This document shows, in pieces, positions 49,690-62,739 of a stretch of DNA of 64,000 nucleotides (position 1 is its first letter; each line of letters begins with the position of its first letter). The notes beneath the pieces are model-generated. The model was not told the DNA's origin and ran no database searches. It saw only the letters and a program-made list of their open reading frames with translations. A program made the position numbers and the translations under genes. Source of the DNA: Vicugna vicugna. Its lineage: Eukaryota. The DNA lies in assembly GCA_013265495.1 (NCBI GenBank), contig MU058059.1:744001-808000 (forward strand), in the 5' to 3' direction.

Positions 49690-50505
49690 GAATTTTTTAA
49701 AAAGAACAACAAACAGGGAGGACCCGATTTACCAGCCGCCAGTGCCAGTCGTAAAGGTGTAGTAATTAAGAAAGTGTGACACTGAGATAGGGCTAGAAAA
49801 ATTATCAGTAAAATAGAGCAAGGAGTCTAGAAACAGCTGCACATACCTGCCATCATCTGATTTATGAAAAACGTGACACCAGTGGAGTGCAGAAAGGATG
49901 GCATTTCCAAGCAGTGGGGTTGGGGACTGGGCCTCATAGTTACTCATACAGAAAAGTAAGTAATTTTGACTACCTCCCACTATACCTAAAAATGAATTCC
50001 AGGTGGGTTTCATATCTACATTTGAAAAGTAAACCAGTATGGAGCACAGAGGGTTTTCAGGGCCGTGGAAATTCTCTGCATGATACTGCAATGGTGGAGA
50101 CATGGCATCATATGTTTGTCCAAGCCCACAGAATGGACACCACCAAGCGTGACCCCGAATGTAAACTACAGACTCTGGGTGATGATGTCAGTGTTGGTTC
50201 ACTGATTGTAACCATGTGTCACTCTGTGGGGGATGCTGATTGTGGGGGAGGCTGTAGGGGAAAGCAGAGGGTATTTGGGAAATCTCTGTTACCTTCCCTT
50301 TAATCTTGCTGTGAACCTAAAACTGCTCTAAAAGAAAACTGTCTTTAAAAGACTATCAAGCTTTTAGAAGGAAATATAAAAGAACATCATTCTGACCTGG
50401 GAGTAGGCAAGTATTCCTTAAACAGGACGCAGAAGTTAACAACCATAAAGGAAAAGAAACTGATAAATCAGGCTACCTTAAACTGAAATGTTTTTGTCAT
50501 GGAAA
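49690..50505 (+). mobile_element. Old L1 ORF2 fragment interrupted by an L1MC-like 3' end (~50040-50350)
   Basis: ORF2-like gagtctagaaacag..catctgatttatga..aaatgaattccaggtgg resumes after 50350 (aagcttttagaaggaaatata..tgacctgggagtaggcaag). The insert ends ttgctgtgaacctaaaactgctctaaaa. Confidence 0.75.
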
Positions 50506-51802
50506 CACACACACACAGGGAAAAAAAGCTTTTCACCTGGGGAAGCTGAGGCAAGACAAATGCTCATGAAAAAGTCATCTTGGAAATGCTTTAAGTATTT
50601 AATTTTCTGGACACTTGGATAGCAAATAATTCAGTCAAGATTGGGTTATGAGTTCAGAGGGACCCAAAAGGTTGTTTCGATCTCCACCTGGATTTCTGCA
50701 AAAGTCAACTACAAGTTTCCCTCCTTTCACCCCAAAAAACTCTGGTTCAGAGCTTCTTGCAGTCAGCAGCAGCTCCAGGCCGTCTGTGCAGGAGGGATTT
50801 GGGAATGGCAATGCAGAGAAAAAGCCAGGGAGTGCACTACACGTTACACAAGAAAGATAAGATGTCCACATTCCATGTCAAACAACAAGGGCTGGGAGGG
50901 GGATTCGGGCCGGCCACCCCTGCGACAGCCGTTGCCCGTCTTCTCATCTTTTCTAATCAGCTCACTCTCAAGTGGCCCTGTCACGCTCTGCCTGTCCTCC
51001 CCTGTCAGAGCCACCAAACAAACCCAGCTGGCCCCACCTGTCCCGCCCCAGGGATCCGCCCCAGGGAGGCAGAGCAGGTGGCGCCGACGACCCAGATGGC
51101 CACTCTGGAATAGGGAGCCAGGTATTTCGGGGACAGAAAAGGTAAGCACCATGTGAGCCCGCGTGTTAAAGAAAACATCCTAGACCCGAAAAGACAGCAG
51201 AGCAAACCTGGGGACATGGGGATCGCCGACTCTCCTCCCTCCCTCGGAGCCTGGCCCCTGCCCCAGGCATTCCCTCCACCCGCCCCAGGCTCAGCTCCGC
51301 CCACCGGCTCCTCCGTAGGGCCCCCTGCCCTGTTCTGCAGCCTCTGCTGCCCCCCGGTGGCCACTCCTGGGGTTGCTGCAGACCAGGGAAGGGATGCCTG
51401 CTCTGGATCCTGGATGGGGTGTGTGCTTGTGTGTTTGTGTGTACACATGCAAGTGTTTGAGTGTGTGTGAATGTGTGGATATGCCAATGTGTGTGGGAGT
51501 CCTGGTAGGGGAAATCTTTAATTCATGACACAAGGGTGTGGTTTTATTTTCTCAAACACACCAATGAGCACATACAGGTGTACTTTCTGACCGCAAAAAA
51601 CTCTCGCAAGACCATTTACAGATTTGCCTTCCCAGGAGTTCTGGAGCTGCTGGAAATACAGTTCAGAGGTTTCCTGTCCTCATTCAGATGAAAATTACTT
51701 GACTGAATTACCAGATCTCTTAAAAATTTAACGAAAGGTTCTGAGTTCCCAGCCAAAACTAGCCCCACGCTCTCCCTGCTTACTCATCACATTAAGGGGG
51801 CT

Positions 51803-51864
51803 GGAGGAAAAAGAGGAAGGAGGGAAGGAAGGAAGGGAGGGAACGAAGAAAGGGAGGGAAGGAG
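51803..51864. repeat. Purine-rich (GGAA/GGGA)n tract
   Basis: Directly visible. Confidence 0.85.
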
Positions 51865-52523
51865 TAATCGATATTAGCTGAGTGCTTTTAAAAGAACTCC
51901 TTAAAACAAAAACACTCTCATACTCTCCTCCCTAAAAATGAATAGCATAATCCTCACAACCACCATTTTTCTGCTAAAGAAGGAATCACATTCCCAGGTG
52001 CGAAAAGTCATCAGAAAGGGCAAGATTAGATTTTAAGTGAATAATCCCTCAGTAGTCATTCCCCATCCCTGGAGGGTATATGCAGCAAGAACCACAGGTG
52101 GAGAACCAGAGGGAGATTGTGCTCTGACGTAAGGTAAAATCTTTCCTACTCTCCTTAGAGGGAGCAGCTCCCAGCCTTTTGAAGACAAAGCCTTTGTAAT
52201 GTCGAAATGTCTCACCGATCCCCTCCTGACACAAGGGCGAAAAAGAGGCCACGGGGTCAGCAACGCTTTTAGACAAGCGTGAATGGTGTCAAACACCGCA
52301 GCCTCCGGATCCGGCTGAGAGACTGCAGTGGTGCTGTGAGACGGCCTGTTCCAACCACAGAAAGTGTGTGCAGGATGTGACCACTAAGATTTCTTGCAGT
52401 TTTTAAGTGTCATGAAATATGGGCCCAACCCCATCCATCTCACCCCTGTGACCCTGGGATCCAGCAGAGCCCAGGCTCACATTGAACACTTAGTATTTAT
52501 TCCATGAAGAATTGTTGGGGGCA

Positions 52524-52622
52524 GGGGGAGGGTACAGCTCCGTGGTAGAGTGCAGACTTGGCAGGCATGAGGTCCTGGGTTCAATGCCCAGTGCCTCCAT
52601 TAAACAAACAAACCTAACTGCT
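52524..52622 (+). mobile_element. tRNA-derived SINE (Vic-1-like)
   Basis: gggggagggtacagctccgtggtagagtgc...gaggtcctgggttcaatgcccagtgcctccattaaac. Confidence 0.85.
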
Positions 52623-52671
52623 CATGAACAAGCCTCGGCTTCCTCACACAATACACCCTGAAAACATTTGA

Positions 52672-53302
52672 TTTTTTTTTTTTCAAAACAACTTTTTTAT
52701 GGTAGTTATAAAGTAGTTGATTATAATGTTGTGTTAGTTTTAGGGGTACAGCAAAGTGATGCAGTTATACACATATTTTTTTCAGATTCTTTTCCATTAT
52801 AGGTTATTACAAGAAATTGAATATAGCTCCCTGTGCTATATGGTAGGTCCTTGTTTTTTATCTATTTTATCTTGCTATATAGTCTTGTGTATCTGCTAAT
52901 CCCAAATCCCAATTTGTCTCTCCTCCCCTTTCCCCTTTGGTAACCATAAGTTTGTTTTCTACCTGTGAGTTTGTTCCTGTTTTTTAAGTAAATTCATTTG
53001 TATCATTTTTTTAGATGCTGCATATAAGTGATATCATGTGATATGTCTTTCTCTGTTGACTTAACTTCACTTAGCATGACAATCTCCAGGTCCATCCATG
53101 TTGCTGCAAATAGTATTATTTTATTCTTTTTTGTGGCTGAGTAGTAGTCCACTGTGTATATATACCACAACTTATTTATCCAGTCATCTGTCCATGGACA
53201 TTTAGGATGCTTCTATGTCTTAGCAAATAGTGCTGCTATGAACATTGGGGTTCATGTATCTTTTCAAATCAGAGTTTTCATCCTATCCAGATATATGCCC
53301 AG
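52672..53302 (-). mobile_element. 5'-truncated L1 3' end
   Basis: Reverse 3' UTR plus ORF2 end (tccatccatgttgctgcaaat; gtgctgctatgaacattgggg; gatatatgcccag); same family as 19257-20029. Confidence 0.9.
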
Positions 53303-53611
53303 AGGACTGAGAAGACAAGTCATCATTTCTTCATCAACAAAGTGGACAAAGAAATAACAGAATGCCTTCCTCAACCATGAAGCTGAATTTCTGTTGGGCA
53401 AAATTCTAGTAGATGTGCCTTTTCTTTTATTACACCTTTTTGTATAACCATGAGAATCTTGGCTCTTGTTACTGTGTTGGGGTTAATTAGAAAAGAGAAC
53501 CTGTGGCTGGAAATAGAAAAGGAAGTGAAGAACAAGACCAGATGTTCTATGTCTTTTTTTGCCCCCAGTGAAATTTCAGAAGGAAAAAGAACCTGCAAGA
53601 AAATAAACCCA

Positions 53612-53684
53612 GGGAGGGTGGGTACAGCTCAGCGGCACAGCACACGCTTGGCATGCACGAGGTCCTGGGTTCAATCCCCAGTAC
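53612..53684 (+). mobile_element. tRNA-derived SINE head without tail
   Basis: cagctcagcgg...cttggcatgcacgaggtcctgggttcaatccccagtac. Confidence 0.8.
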
Positions 53685-54219
53685 TTTGTGTGTCTCACCT
53701 TGGGTCTCAGGGAGCTTCGGCTGTCAGCCTCAGAACTCTAAGTCAGAGCTCAGTCAATGCACTAAGCATTTAGTCTGAGGATCCAGAAGAAATAAGGAAG
53801 GAAGGGAGAGAAGGAGAGATGGAGGGAGAGAGAAACAGTATCTCTGAGGATGCAAATTAGCTACCCAAAATAAAATGAAATGACAAGGATCTGATTGAAA
53901 TTGTAGATAGTGCCTTAAAAAGTTCCTAGCAAGCAAATTATGGTAAATGGAAATTAACTAGAAAGACATATTACAACCAGTTTAAGATGGAAGAGTTTAA
54001 CATACTCTTTAACATGCTGCCATTTTTGTTTTAATTACTGAAAATAATATATTTGCATGGGTTTGCACAGAGAGATTTATGGCCCAAGTTGCTTCCATCT
54101 TTTTTTTTTTCATGAAATCTCAGGTTGCTCATCCACAAATTCTTCCACCATAATTTGTTAGTTTAAACATCACTAGACCTTGGCAGGATCTCAGAAGCCA
54201 CCTGAGTGCTCTCTCCAAT

Positions 54220-57140
54220 CACCCCCCTGAAGGTAAACAATCTCCTGAACTTTCTCATAATCATTCTCTTGCTTTTCTTTAATATTTTTGCTACATACTT
54301 GTATTGTTGCCTGTAGCTCTAGTTTGACCATTCCCACTGCTTTGTGGCATCTCCTTTAATGAACAGATTAAACTGTATGATCCATTCTACTATTAATAGA
54401 ATTTCACTGGATTCCAATTTTTAGCCATTGTGTGTGATGCTGCTACAAACCTTCTTGACCTTGTCTAGGAAGACATGTGTGCAGGTGTTTCCAAGATCCC
54501 AAAGCAGGAGTAGATGTCTGGGTTGTGGACATGCTCAAATTCACTAAGTACTCCCAACTTGGTACTGAAAGAAGTTGTACAAATTTATACTCCCAATAGC
54601 AAGGAGCAGTGCCACTGCTCAAAATCCTAGTCAATATCTAGTACGCATCATCTTTTTAAACCTTCCAACCTGGCATGCATGTAATTACATCTCCTGGGTT
54701 TAATTTGCATTTCCCAGATAACTAATGAAGTTGAGCATCTTCTCAGAGATATATTATTATGATTCCTCCCTTAATGAAGCATCTGCTCATTTGCCCACTT
54801 TTCTACTGGGTTGTTTTCCTTGTCTTTATTGTTTAGAACATACTGTGGACACAACTCCTTTGTCAGTTACACATCTTCTCCCTCTCTGTGGATTTTCTTC
54901 TTTTCAGCTCTGAGGTTCTCTTAATGAACAAACGTTCTTATTCTTAAGGTCGTCAAGTCTTTCAAATTTCTTTCCCTTCTGGTAAGTGACCTGTTGTGGT
55001 CCTGAGCTCATAAAGTTATCCTCCTCTGTTGTCTTCTGGAAACCTTATAATTTCGCTGTTACATTTAAGACCTTAATCCACTTGGAATTGATCTTTGTGC
55101 ATGGCATGAGGCAGGGGTATGATTTCATGTATTTCCACATGGACAGTGAATTGCCTCAGAATTCAGTCTTGAAAAGTCCTTCCTTTCCCTACTGACCTGC
55201 CATGGCAGCTCTGTCATGAGTCAAGTGTGCACATATGTGGGGATCTCTTGTTTAATCACTTATTCTTGCCCTTGGATTGTTTGACTTGTAACCAGTTCTT
55301 TGCCTTAAATACCACTGCTTTACAAACTTCCTTTTTATATAAGTTTCAGGTGTACAGCATTATAACTCTGTATCTGTACGTGCTTCGTAAATTTTAAAAA
55401 CTGGAACAGCATGTTTCTCCATCTCATCCTTTTTATTAAATAAGGTCTTAGATAAGCTTGGTCCTTTGACTGACTCTGTAAATTTGAAACTCAAAATAAC
55501 AGGCTTAAAAAAACAAAACAGCCTGCTGTGATTTTGGTTCAATTACACCAACTCTACAGATCCACTTGAGGAGAATATTATCTCCTGTTCCATGCCCAGG
55601 GTGTACCTCCTCATTTATTTAGGTCTTATTATTGATTTTAATTTTTTTTAAGTTTTATAAGTTTGTTTATAAAGGAATTGTACCCTTTTTGTTAAGTTTA
55701 TCCCACGGTACTTCACACCACAAGAAATGGTAATTTTTCTTAAATTTTATTTTCTGATATATAGAAATGATACAGATCTTTTTTGTTAATTGTTGATTTT
55801 AAATGAAGAAAACTCATCGTGTTCTCCTATTAATTCTAATCACTATTCTGTTGAATCCCCCATACACAATGGTATCATCACCCAACAATGAGAAGCTCTG
55901 TCTCCGTTTCAAATCCTCTACCTCCTATTTACTTATTCACTTACTTATTTACCTTTCTATGAAGGTTGGAACCTTCACAGGTTGGAATAAAAATGATGAC
56001 GATTGCTGTATGTTGCCAATCTCAAAGAAAAAAAATTTCTATCCTGGTATTAAGTGTGATGTTTGCTCAAGCTTTCCGCAGGTACTGTTTACCAAATGCA
56101 AAGAATTTTCCTTTTATTTCAGCAGACTAAGAATCTCTACCAGGAGTGAATGTTATATTGTGTCAGATATTTCCCTGCATCTATTGAGATAAACTTATGA
56201 TTTACTCTCACGGAATCTATTAACACTGCAGATTACATTGGCCAATTTCTAACGTTACCCATTCTTGCATTCCTTAGACAAACCCACTCGGCTGTGATAT
56301 ATTATTCTTTTCATACATTGCTGAATTTGTTTGCTACTATTTCACTTAGAATTTTTGAACCCATGAATCAGATTGAGTGTGGCCTATAATTTCCATTCCC
56401 TTCCTTGACAGCTTTGGGCAGCTTCATTAAATGAGCTTCTGAATGCTTCCCCTCTTTTGACTTTCTGTAAGAGTTAGTAAAACAATTGGCTTTATTTGTC
56501 CTTTGAGTATTTAGAAGAATCTGCTTGGTAAAACCACTAGGTCTGGAGTTTTTGTGTGTTTTGGTTTGGGTTTAGTTTTCGTTATTAAGTCAGCTGAGGT
56601 AAATTATCTGTTTGGTAAATTGTCTTGAATTTGTCCATTTGATCTAAATTTTCAAATTTTTGCCAAAAATTTGATCATAGTATTTTCTTCTTATGTTGTT
56701 TTTGAATTAATGAAGCATCTATTGTTAGGTCACTTTTTATTTCTAATACTGTGGGCTTTCTCTCTTTTTTTCTATATCAGTTTTATTACGCTGTCCAAAA
56801 CCCCAATTTCCACTTTTGTAGATCCTCTGTATTATGTTTGTTCTCTTATTTTACTTCTTTGACTTAATCGTTTCTTTCTTTAAACTCTCTTTGGATTAAT
56901 TTTTCTTTTACTCCCCCTAACGTCTGAAGATGGACACTGATCTCATTCATCTTCAGCCCTTCTTCTCCTCTAATATGAACACTTAAGCCTGCACATTGCC
57001 CTCTTACCCCCTTCAGTATTATGCACATAATTTTTCCATGTTTTATGGTGATTCAGCTTTGACCCACAGGTAACTTAGGAGTATGCTTCATTTTCAGTAT
57101 GTGGTAGTTCTGCAGTTTACCTTTTGTTTTAATTTCTAAT
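54220..57140 (-). mobile_element. Old, fragmented L1 (L1M-type), ~3 kb
   Basis: T-rich with reverse L1 motifs (gtttaatttgcatttcc..actaatgaagttgagcatct; taatccacttggaattgatctttgtg; cattcttgcattcct; tgctgaatttgtttgcta; ggcctataattt). A younger L1 stub sits near 55330-55380. Confidence 0.8.
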
Positions 57141-57159
57141 TAGAAATTGAGGCTGGTGG

Positions 57160-57300
57160 GTGGTTCTCGAAATCTGGCATCACTGGAACCACCTAATTTA
57201 GTGACGTTACAGGGAAGATGAGGAGCGATGTGGCTCAGGAATTTACGTATTTCATCACAACTGTGGGCAATTCTGATGCAGTTACAATGGGCCATCCTGT
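57160..57300. mobile_element. MER5-like hAT MITE fragment
   Basis: gtggttctcgaa...ggaaccacct...gtggctcaggaattt..gtattt...ggcaattctgatgcag. Confidence 0.5.
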
Positions 57301-58357
57301 TATTTAATGCTCGCCTTCAGGCTGGACCCACTAGCATGAGGAAATTCAGTGCAGAAGTGACCATTTCAGCGTTTATTCAATTCATAGGGATAACCAAGCA
57401 GATGATCAAGCCCCCAGGGCAAGGTGTGCCTTTTGCTTTACTGAGTTAGCTAACTGCCAGATCTGTACGGCGCTTTGGGAAACACTAACCAGCCATTCAC
57501 CTTCAACAAGGTTTGAGCCATTAATTTCAATATTCTAGCTGTTGCTTCACAAACCTGCTCCCTAGGTCTCCAACTATTATATCATTTCCAGGATTTTCTT
57601 TTTTAATTATAGTTAAATTTGTCAAAGCACTCAGGTTCCTGAACCATGTAAGAAACAGCATTATGCTGAGGGAAAATGGAGCCACTTCTTTGTTAATTTT
57701 TGGATCACTGAGAGATGGAAATGAATAAACTAAAAAAATGTTCAAAAGTCCACTTTGTCACGAGGCCAAAGACATCACTGACCAGAAACATTCTCAAGTT
57801 AGAAGCACTTACCTATGGAAAAATGTCTTCTCATATATATTGCTTTAAATTCTTTTATGTTAAAGTTACATTGTCTTCTTGATGGCCTTCAAGTATTTAT
57901 TTAAATACTTGTTGAGAGTTAATAGATAGGAATCAAAATGGATTCCAAGAAGGAAGAAATTAGAAGACACACTTCCAAATCAATGAAGCATCAACAGGTA
58001 GAATATTTGCAAATGAGTAAAAACAAAATGCTGGCAGATCACGTTATCACTATGTGTGTTCAGAAGGCTGAACAATATGACTCGGTATCTTCTGGATCCA
58101 TCTGGTATACTTATGTGAGTCACATAATGTCCTGGGCAGTTTATTTTAGAAATGCAGTAGTACAACAGTTACACCTTTTTAGAAAACTAGAAAAGGGGCG
58201 GAGGTTGTAATTCCATCAAAAGAACAGAAAAGGTGGTTACACATCTGTAAACAGATCATAGACAGATATTACACCTGTATTTGGAATATATTCTCTAACT
58301 GTGCAGAAGATCTAGAGCAAATGAAAAAAAGATGGTTGAAAAAAGCCCAATTCATAC

Positions 58358-58897
58358 TGTAATAGAAAAGAACAAATCTGACTCCATATGAGATCTGTTC
58401 CTCTGGCTTTAACCCTGTGCTGTTTCCTGGGCTTAGTCACGCTGGTTCTGCACCTTCTGTAAAAGAATGTTGCCTGGAGCCTGAAATATACAGGACAGCC
58501 TATTCTCAAGGCTCTGACCTTTAAGGGTATTAATACTTTTCCATTCAAAGTTGTTTTTTTTAAAATCCGTTTTTACAAAGATTAAAAGTTGCAGAATGGA
58601 AAATAACATTTGTTTTGTTGGAGGTTTGCAGGGACACCATGACCTGACCCATGTGGACAGCTGCAAGAACAAACGATTTCACACCAAGAAGTTTGCAACA
58701 ACCACACCCTCTCCCCTTTTTAGTATAAAAGGAGCCTGAATTCTGACTTGAGGAAGACGGTTCTTTGGAACATTAGCCCACCGTCTTCTCGGTCTGCTGG
58801 CTTTCCAAATAAAGTCGTTATTCCTTGCCCCAACACCTCGTCTCCCAATTTATTGGCCTGTTGTGCTGGGAGCAGAATGAGTTTGGATTCGGTAACA
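58358..58897 (+). mobile_element. ERV1-type solo LTR, full length (540 bp; MER34/MER39/MER41-like clade)
   Basis: TGtaat...cggtaaCA termini; TATAAA at 58724-58729; AATAAA at 58808-58813; 4-bp near-TSD atac / atat. Confidence 0.9.
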
Positions 58898-58923
58898 ATA
58901 TTTGAATTTAAAATGCACAAGGA

Positions 58924-58985
58924 CACTGGAATTTGATAGAACATTGTAAGATGATTATAAATCAATAAAAAATATTAAAAAAAAA
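58924..58985 (+). mobile_element. 62-bp L1 3' stub with perfect 15-bp TSD
   Basis: aacattgtaagatgattataaatcAATAAA plus A tail; direct repeat taaaatgcacaagga at 58909-58923 and 58986-59000. Confidence 0.85.
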
Positions 58986-61934
58986 TAAAATGCACAAGGA
59001 AATGTTAACCCAGGGGGAGGGATAAATTAATCCTAGCAAGATGAGAAAAAATGAAAAATACACCCTATTAGTGGCTACTCGGATGACAAAGCTCATTTGC
59101 CTTAGCAGGCTAGAATTCTGGGAAGTTGAGAAGCAATTCACCGCTAATGATTTGAGGGAGTGTTAACACAACTTAGAGCCACAGGTGGACTACAGATCTA
59201 TGGCAATTTTGTATTTATTTTACCAAATGAATCATTTGCTCAGAAAAAAAAAATTAACTCTGGAGAAGCAAGTCAAAAATGGGTACCTAACTTCTACTTC
59301 ATCATCTCCAATCCAATAAACTCAGCTGTTTTGCGTAGAGTTGAAAGATCAAGGTCTTATGATCTGGGATGAGCCAGAAGGCCCCGGTCCTTTCCAGGAA
59401 TATGGACAGCATCTCTCAGTCATGAAGGCTTTCTTTGGTGTATCCCCAGTGGTCACGGGGGAAGACGGCATGGAAGGTAAGTAGCTTAACAAAATCTCAT
59501 CACAACATTTGAAAACGTTTGTGGCACCTGCCTTACAAGTAATACGCAGTACATTAGTGTCATTCTTTAGGGCAGTTCATAACATTTATATCACCTACAT
59601 ACAACCTAAAAATAAGCTGATGCAATAATGCATTCCCAGTGACAATGGGTAAGGGAAATTTCCTTATCACTGGTCTTTTTGAACAAATATTAAAGAGTTG
59701 GGAGGAAAAAACACTAACTTTTATTCCATTATGTTAAAAGATAATAAAATTTATCAGTAACATTGTCCTCAATGATTTGAATTAATTTCCACTTTCCCAG
59801 CCCATTAACGGAATAATTTTCATCATTTATGTCATCATTTATAGGTGGAATAAAACTCATCATTTCATTTCCTGCTGTGTACAACTGGTGTCTCTCTTAA
59901 GTGGACTCCAATCTGCCAGCCAATTAGGTTGTGGAGCATGAAAACTCGCTGAGGAATGTGGGTTAGTGCCAGTGCCCCTTAAAGAAGAAAGATGAACCCG
60001 TCAAAACATTCTATTGAAATGTTTCAACCTGTGTATTCTGCTTATCAAGGGGAGACATCAGCTAAGACTTTAACTGGTGCCTAATGAAAGCAGACAGAAT
60101 GGTCCATCAGCTACTCTCCCATGCTCAGCTGGTAACCAGGGAGTGGTGAGGTCTATGGGGCAGATACGTGCCAACACCCCAAGGGTGGTAGGAAGTGATG
60201 AGTAAGCGACCAGAAGAAACAACATCAGGGACAAAGCCCTTCACTTCCTTGTGCTCTGTCCCCTCTCTGTAATCACAGTATGAACTTAAGCCCCTCAGAG
60301 CAGTTTGAGCATAGGGACACCCTGGCGCCACGCCCAGTTTTCAGGTAAAGGAGAGATAAGACTTTCTGAAGACAGGATGCTAAGGGTTCTGAGCCCTTGT
60401 TCTATCTTCATGTCCTGTCCTCATATCAGATAAAAGGGAGCTTCATCCACACACCCAACGTGGACGCAGCTGGACCCTTCACGGGTAAGTTAAGAACACC
60501 TACAAACTGGGAGGTGAAACACAATGAGAGCAGATGTAGGCTGCCTGTCTCCCCTCTTTCTAAGGCAGGCACTGCTGACCCTTCCATCACTTGCTAAAAG
60601 TGAACTTGGCTACATCCTTAGGAGCCACCTCCACCCAGCATTCCAAATGGCCTTTGCCAGTTGGTTCTTAGAGAAAGCAGTTTGCATTTCCAACATAGCA
60701 GGACCCACACAGGGCTTAGATAATGGTCTGATTTGCATGGCTTCACCACTAAGCTACTAAGTAACTTGGCCAATTCACTTGACCCACTTGGGTTCAAGCT
60801 TCCTTTTCTAAATAAATATCCTCTAATATTCTGTGTTCTCAAACGCGCTATGCAATTATTGTGATAAGCTGTCATTTTCATAGCTTGTAATCTAGTTGAT
60901 TTTTAGCAAATCAGTTAAAGTGTACACAGGGTCCAGAACGATTATAAGCAACTATTAGTGAGAAGGTTCCTTGAACTAAATAATTACTTAAATTACCTAA
61001 CGTGTAATAAGCCCCTTTCCAATCCAAGTCCTCCTCAATTATTGTATTACTGATTATTGGTAGGAATTAAAATGCCCACATCTTAGAGCAATGCATTTGT
61101 TTTTTGCTGTTTTGCCACAAGAAAATCCTAGTGTTTTTATTTGTCTGAATTAAGGTATTTGACTCTTCAGGCGCTAGTGAGTTGCCAACTTTTCCCTTTG
61201 TTTTGCCCGAAGAGGCATAACAATATGCCCTTGCTGTGTTCTCTCTCCCTCTCTCTCCTCCCCTCGCCCCAACCAGGCACCTGGCACCACCGCCCAGGGC
61301 TGCTTCATGGAACAAGGCACCATCCTGCGTCCAAAAGCAGAGAATCTGATCCTCATCACAATACGCCAACATACTCCAGGGAGTAAGATCCATTTTCAAA
61401 CCACACGACCGTGATAAACACGCAGCAAAGACAAAAGCTGCTGATAAATATCAATTCCAGACAGAAAAGTCTGCTGAACATGGTAAAAACAAGAAAAGAA
61501 CCTGATTTTGTTCTTGGATTCTATTTCCTCACTGCTCAAAATGACATTTGAAATTGTTGTCTTAGAAGGTGACAGAGCATGATTTAAGGTTGCAAGAATG
61601 TTAATCCCAGTAAACATCCTGAGAACTCTAAACGAGAGTTCACTGAAACATGTGAGCATCTGTTTCCTTCTGAATCAGTCAGAGGCACTACTTTTAAATA
61701 GGTTTCTGCTCCTCAGGTCACATCTTCTGTAATATTTTTCATCATCTGCAAAACGTAGCATGTGACTGGCTTAGGTGACAATGACTAGCAATTTACTACA
61801 CTAATATACATAGAGGTGTTAATTGTTAAACAAGGGTCCCCCTTGTCTGTCATATCAAAAAAGAAAAGAATGACACAGAATATTACATGTGATTTTCATT
61901 TGTGCACATGCAAATGTTTTTTAAATTATACAAT

Positions 61935-62640
61935 CATTAAGGCAGTGTGATCCTAGCCCAAAAACAGACAGATGGGTAAGTGGAACAGGTTAGAAAGCCT
62001 GGTACCCGACATTCAGAAAGGAAGGCAGTTGGAATGTGCAGAGAAAGGTACTGAGGAAATTGGATAAATGATTTAAAAAATTTTTTTAAATCTCTAACTC
62101 CAGATGGAGAAAAAAATGGTGAATGTTTTTTAAAATGAAGAACACATACTGGAAGCACCAGAGTGGATATATATGGCACTGAGGATGGAGACTAAAAGGA
62201 AAAAAAGAAAAGAAAAAAGACCCAGGGGGCTCTGGACCAATGACGATGGTGTGTTGTGAACTGAAAAATCAGTTAAACTCAGCTCATTTGAGGTCAAAGA
62301 GAAAGAAGGAAGCAAGAGAGAGAGGAATGGAGAATCAAAAATGCATGGTGAATACAGATATATCTGTATCTGGTCTTGGGGAGAAAAAGTCCTTCTAAAA
62401 ATAAAAACAAAGACAGAAACCACAAAGAAGAGAGAGAAATTTCACTACACTAAAATAAAATCTTCCGTATGTCAAGAAAAAAACAAATAATTTTCAAACA
62501 AAATAAACTAGGAAAAACATTGGCTATATATGTGAAAAGGGATTGATGAACCTTCCTGTGTAAATAGACTTTGCAAATTGATGACAACCTCAATACAAAT
62601 AGGAGTTAATTATAATGAACAACCTACAAAAGAAACAGTC
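61935..62640 (+). mobile_element. Old L1 ORF2 relic
   Basis: cattaaggcagtgtga...acagacagatgggtaagtggaacaggttagaaagcc; gaaaccacaaagaaga...actacactaaaataaaatcttccgtatgtcaaga. Confidence 0.6.
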
Positions 62641-62739
62641 ATACTGATTAAGCACAAGCATTAGCCTGTGCACCTTCCAATGTGTAAAAATACAAAGAGA
62701 AATAAATCCACAACCCAAAAAGAAGAGAAAATGGACAGC

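Noticed and set aside
50844..51152. Minus-strand ORF starting MVLTFS as AKAIN1 exon 1
   Set aside because: Does not match MVFAPG and has no phase-1 GT donor after codon 5.
17094..53684. tRNA genes (seven tRNA-like heads)
   Set aside because: The copies are mutually diverged, most have A-rich tails and several have TSDs, so they are SINEs rather than functional tRNAs.
7620..58897. Full provirus delimited by the two similar LTRs
   Set aside because: 51 kb is far too long, there is no gag/pol/env or primer-binding site, and the right LTR has its own near-TSD.
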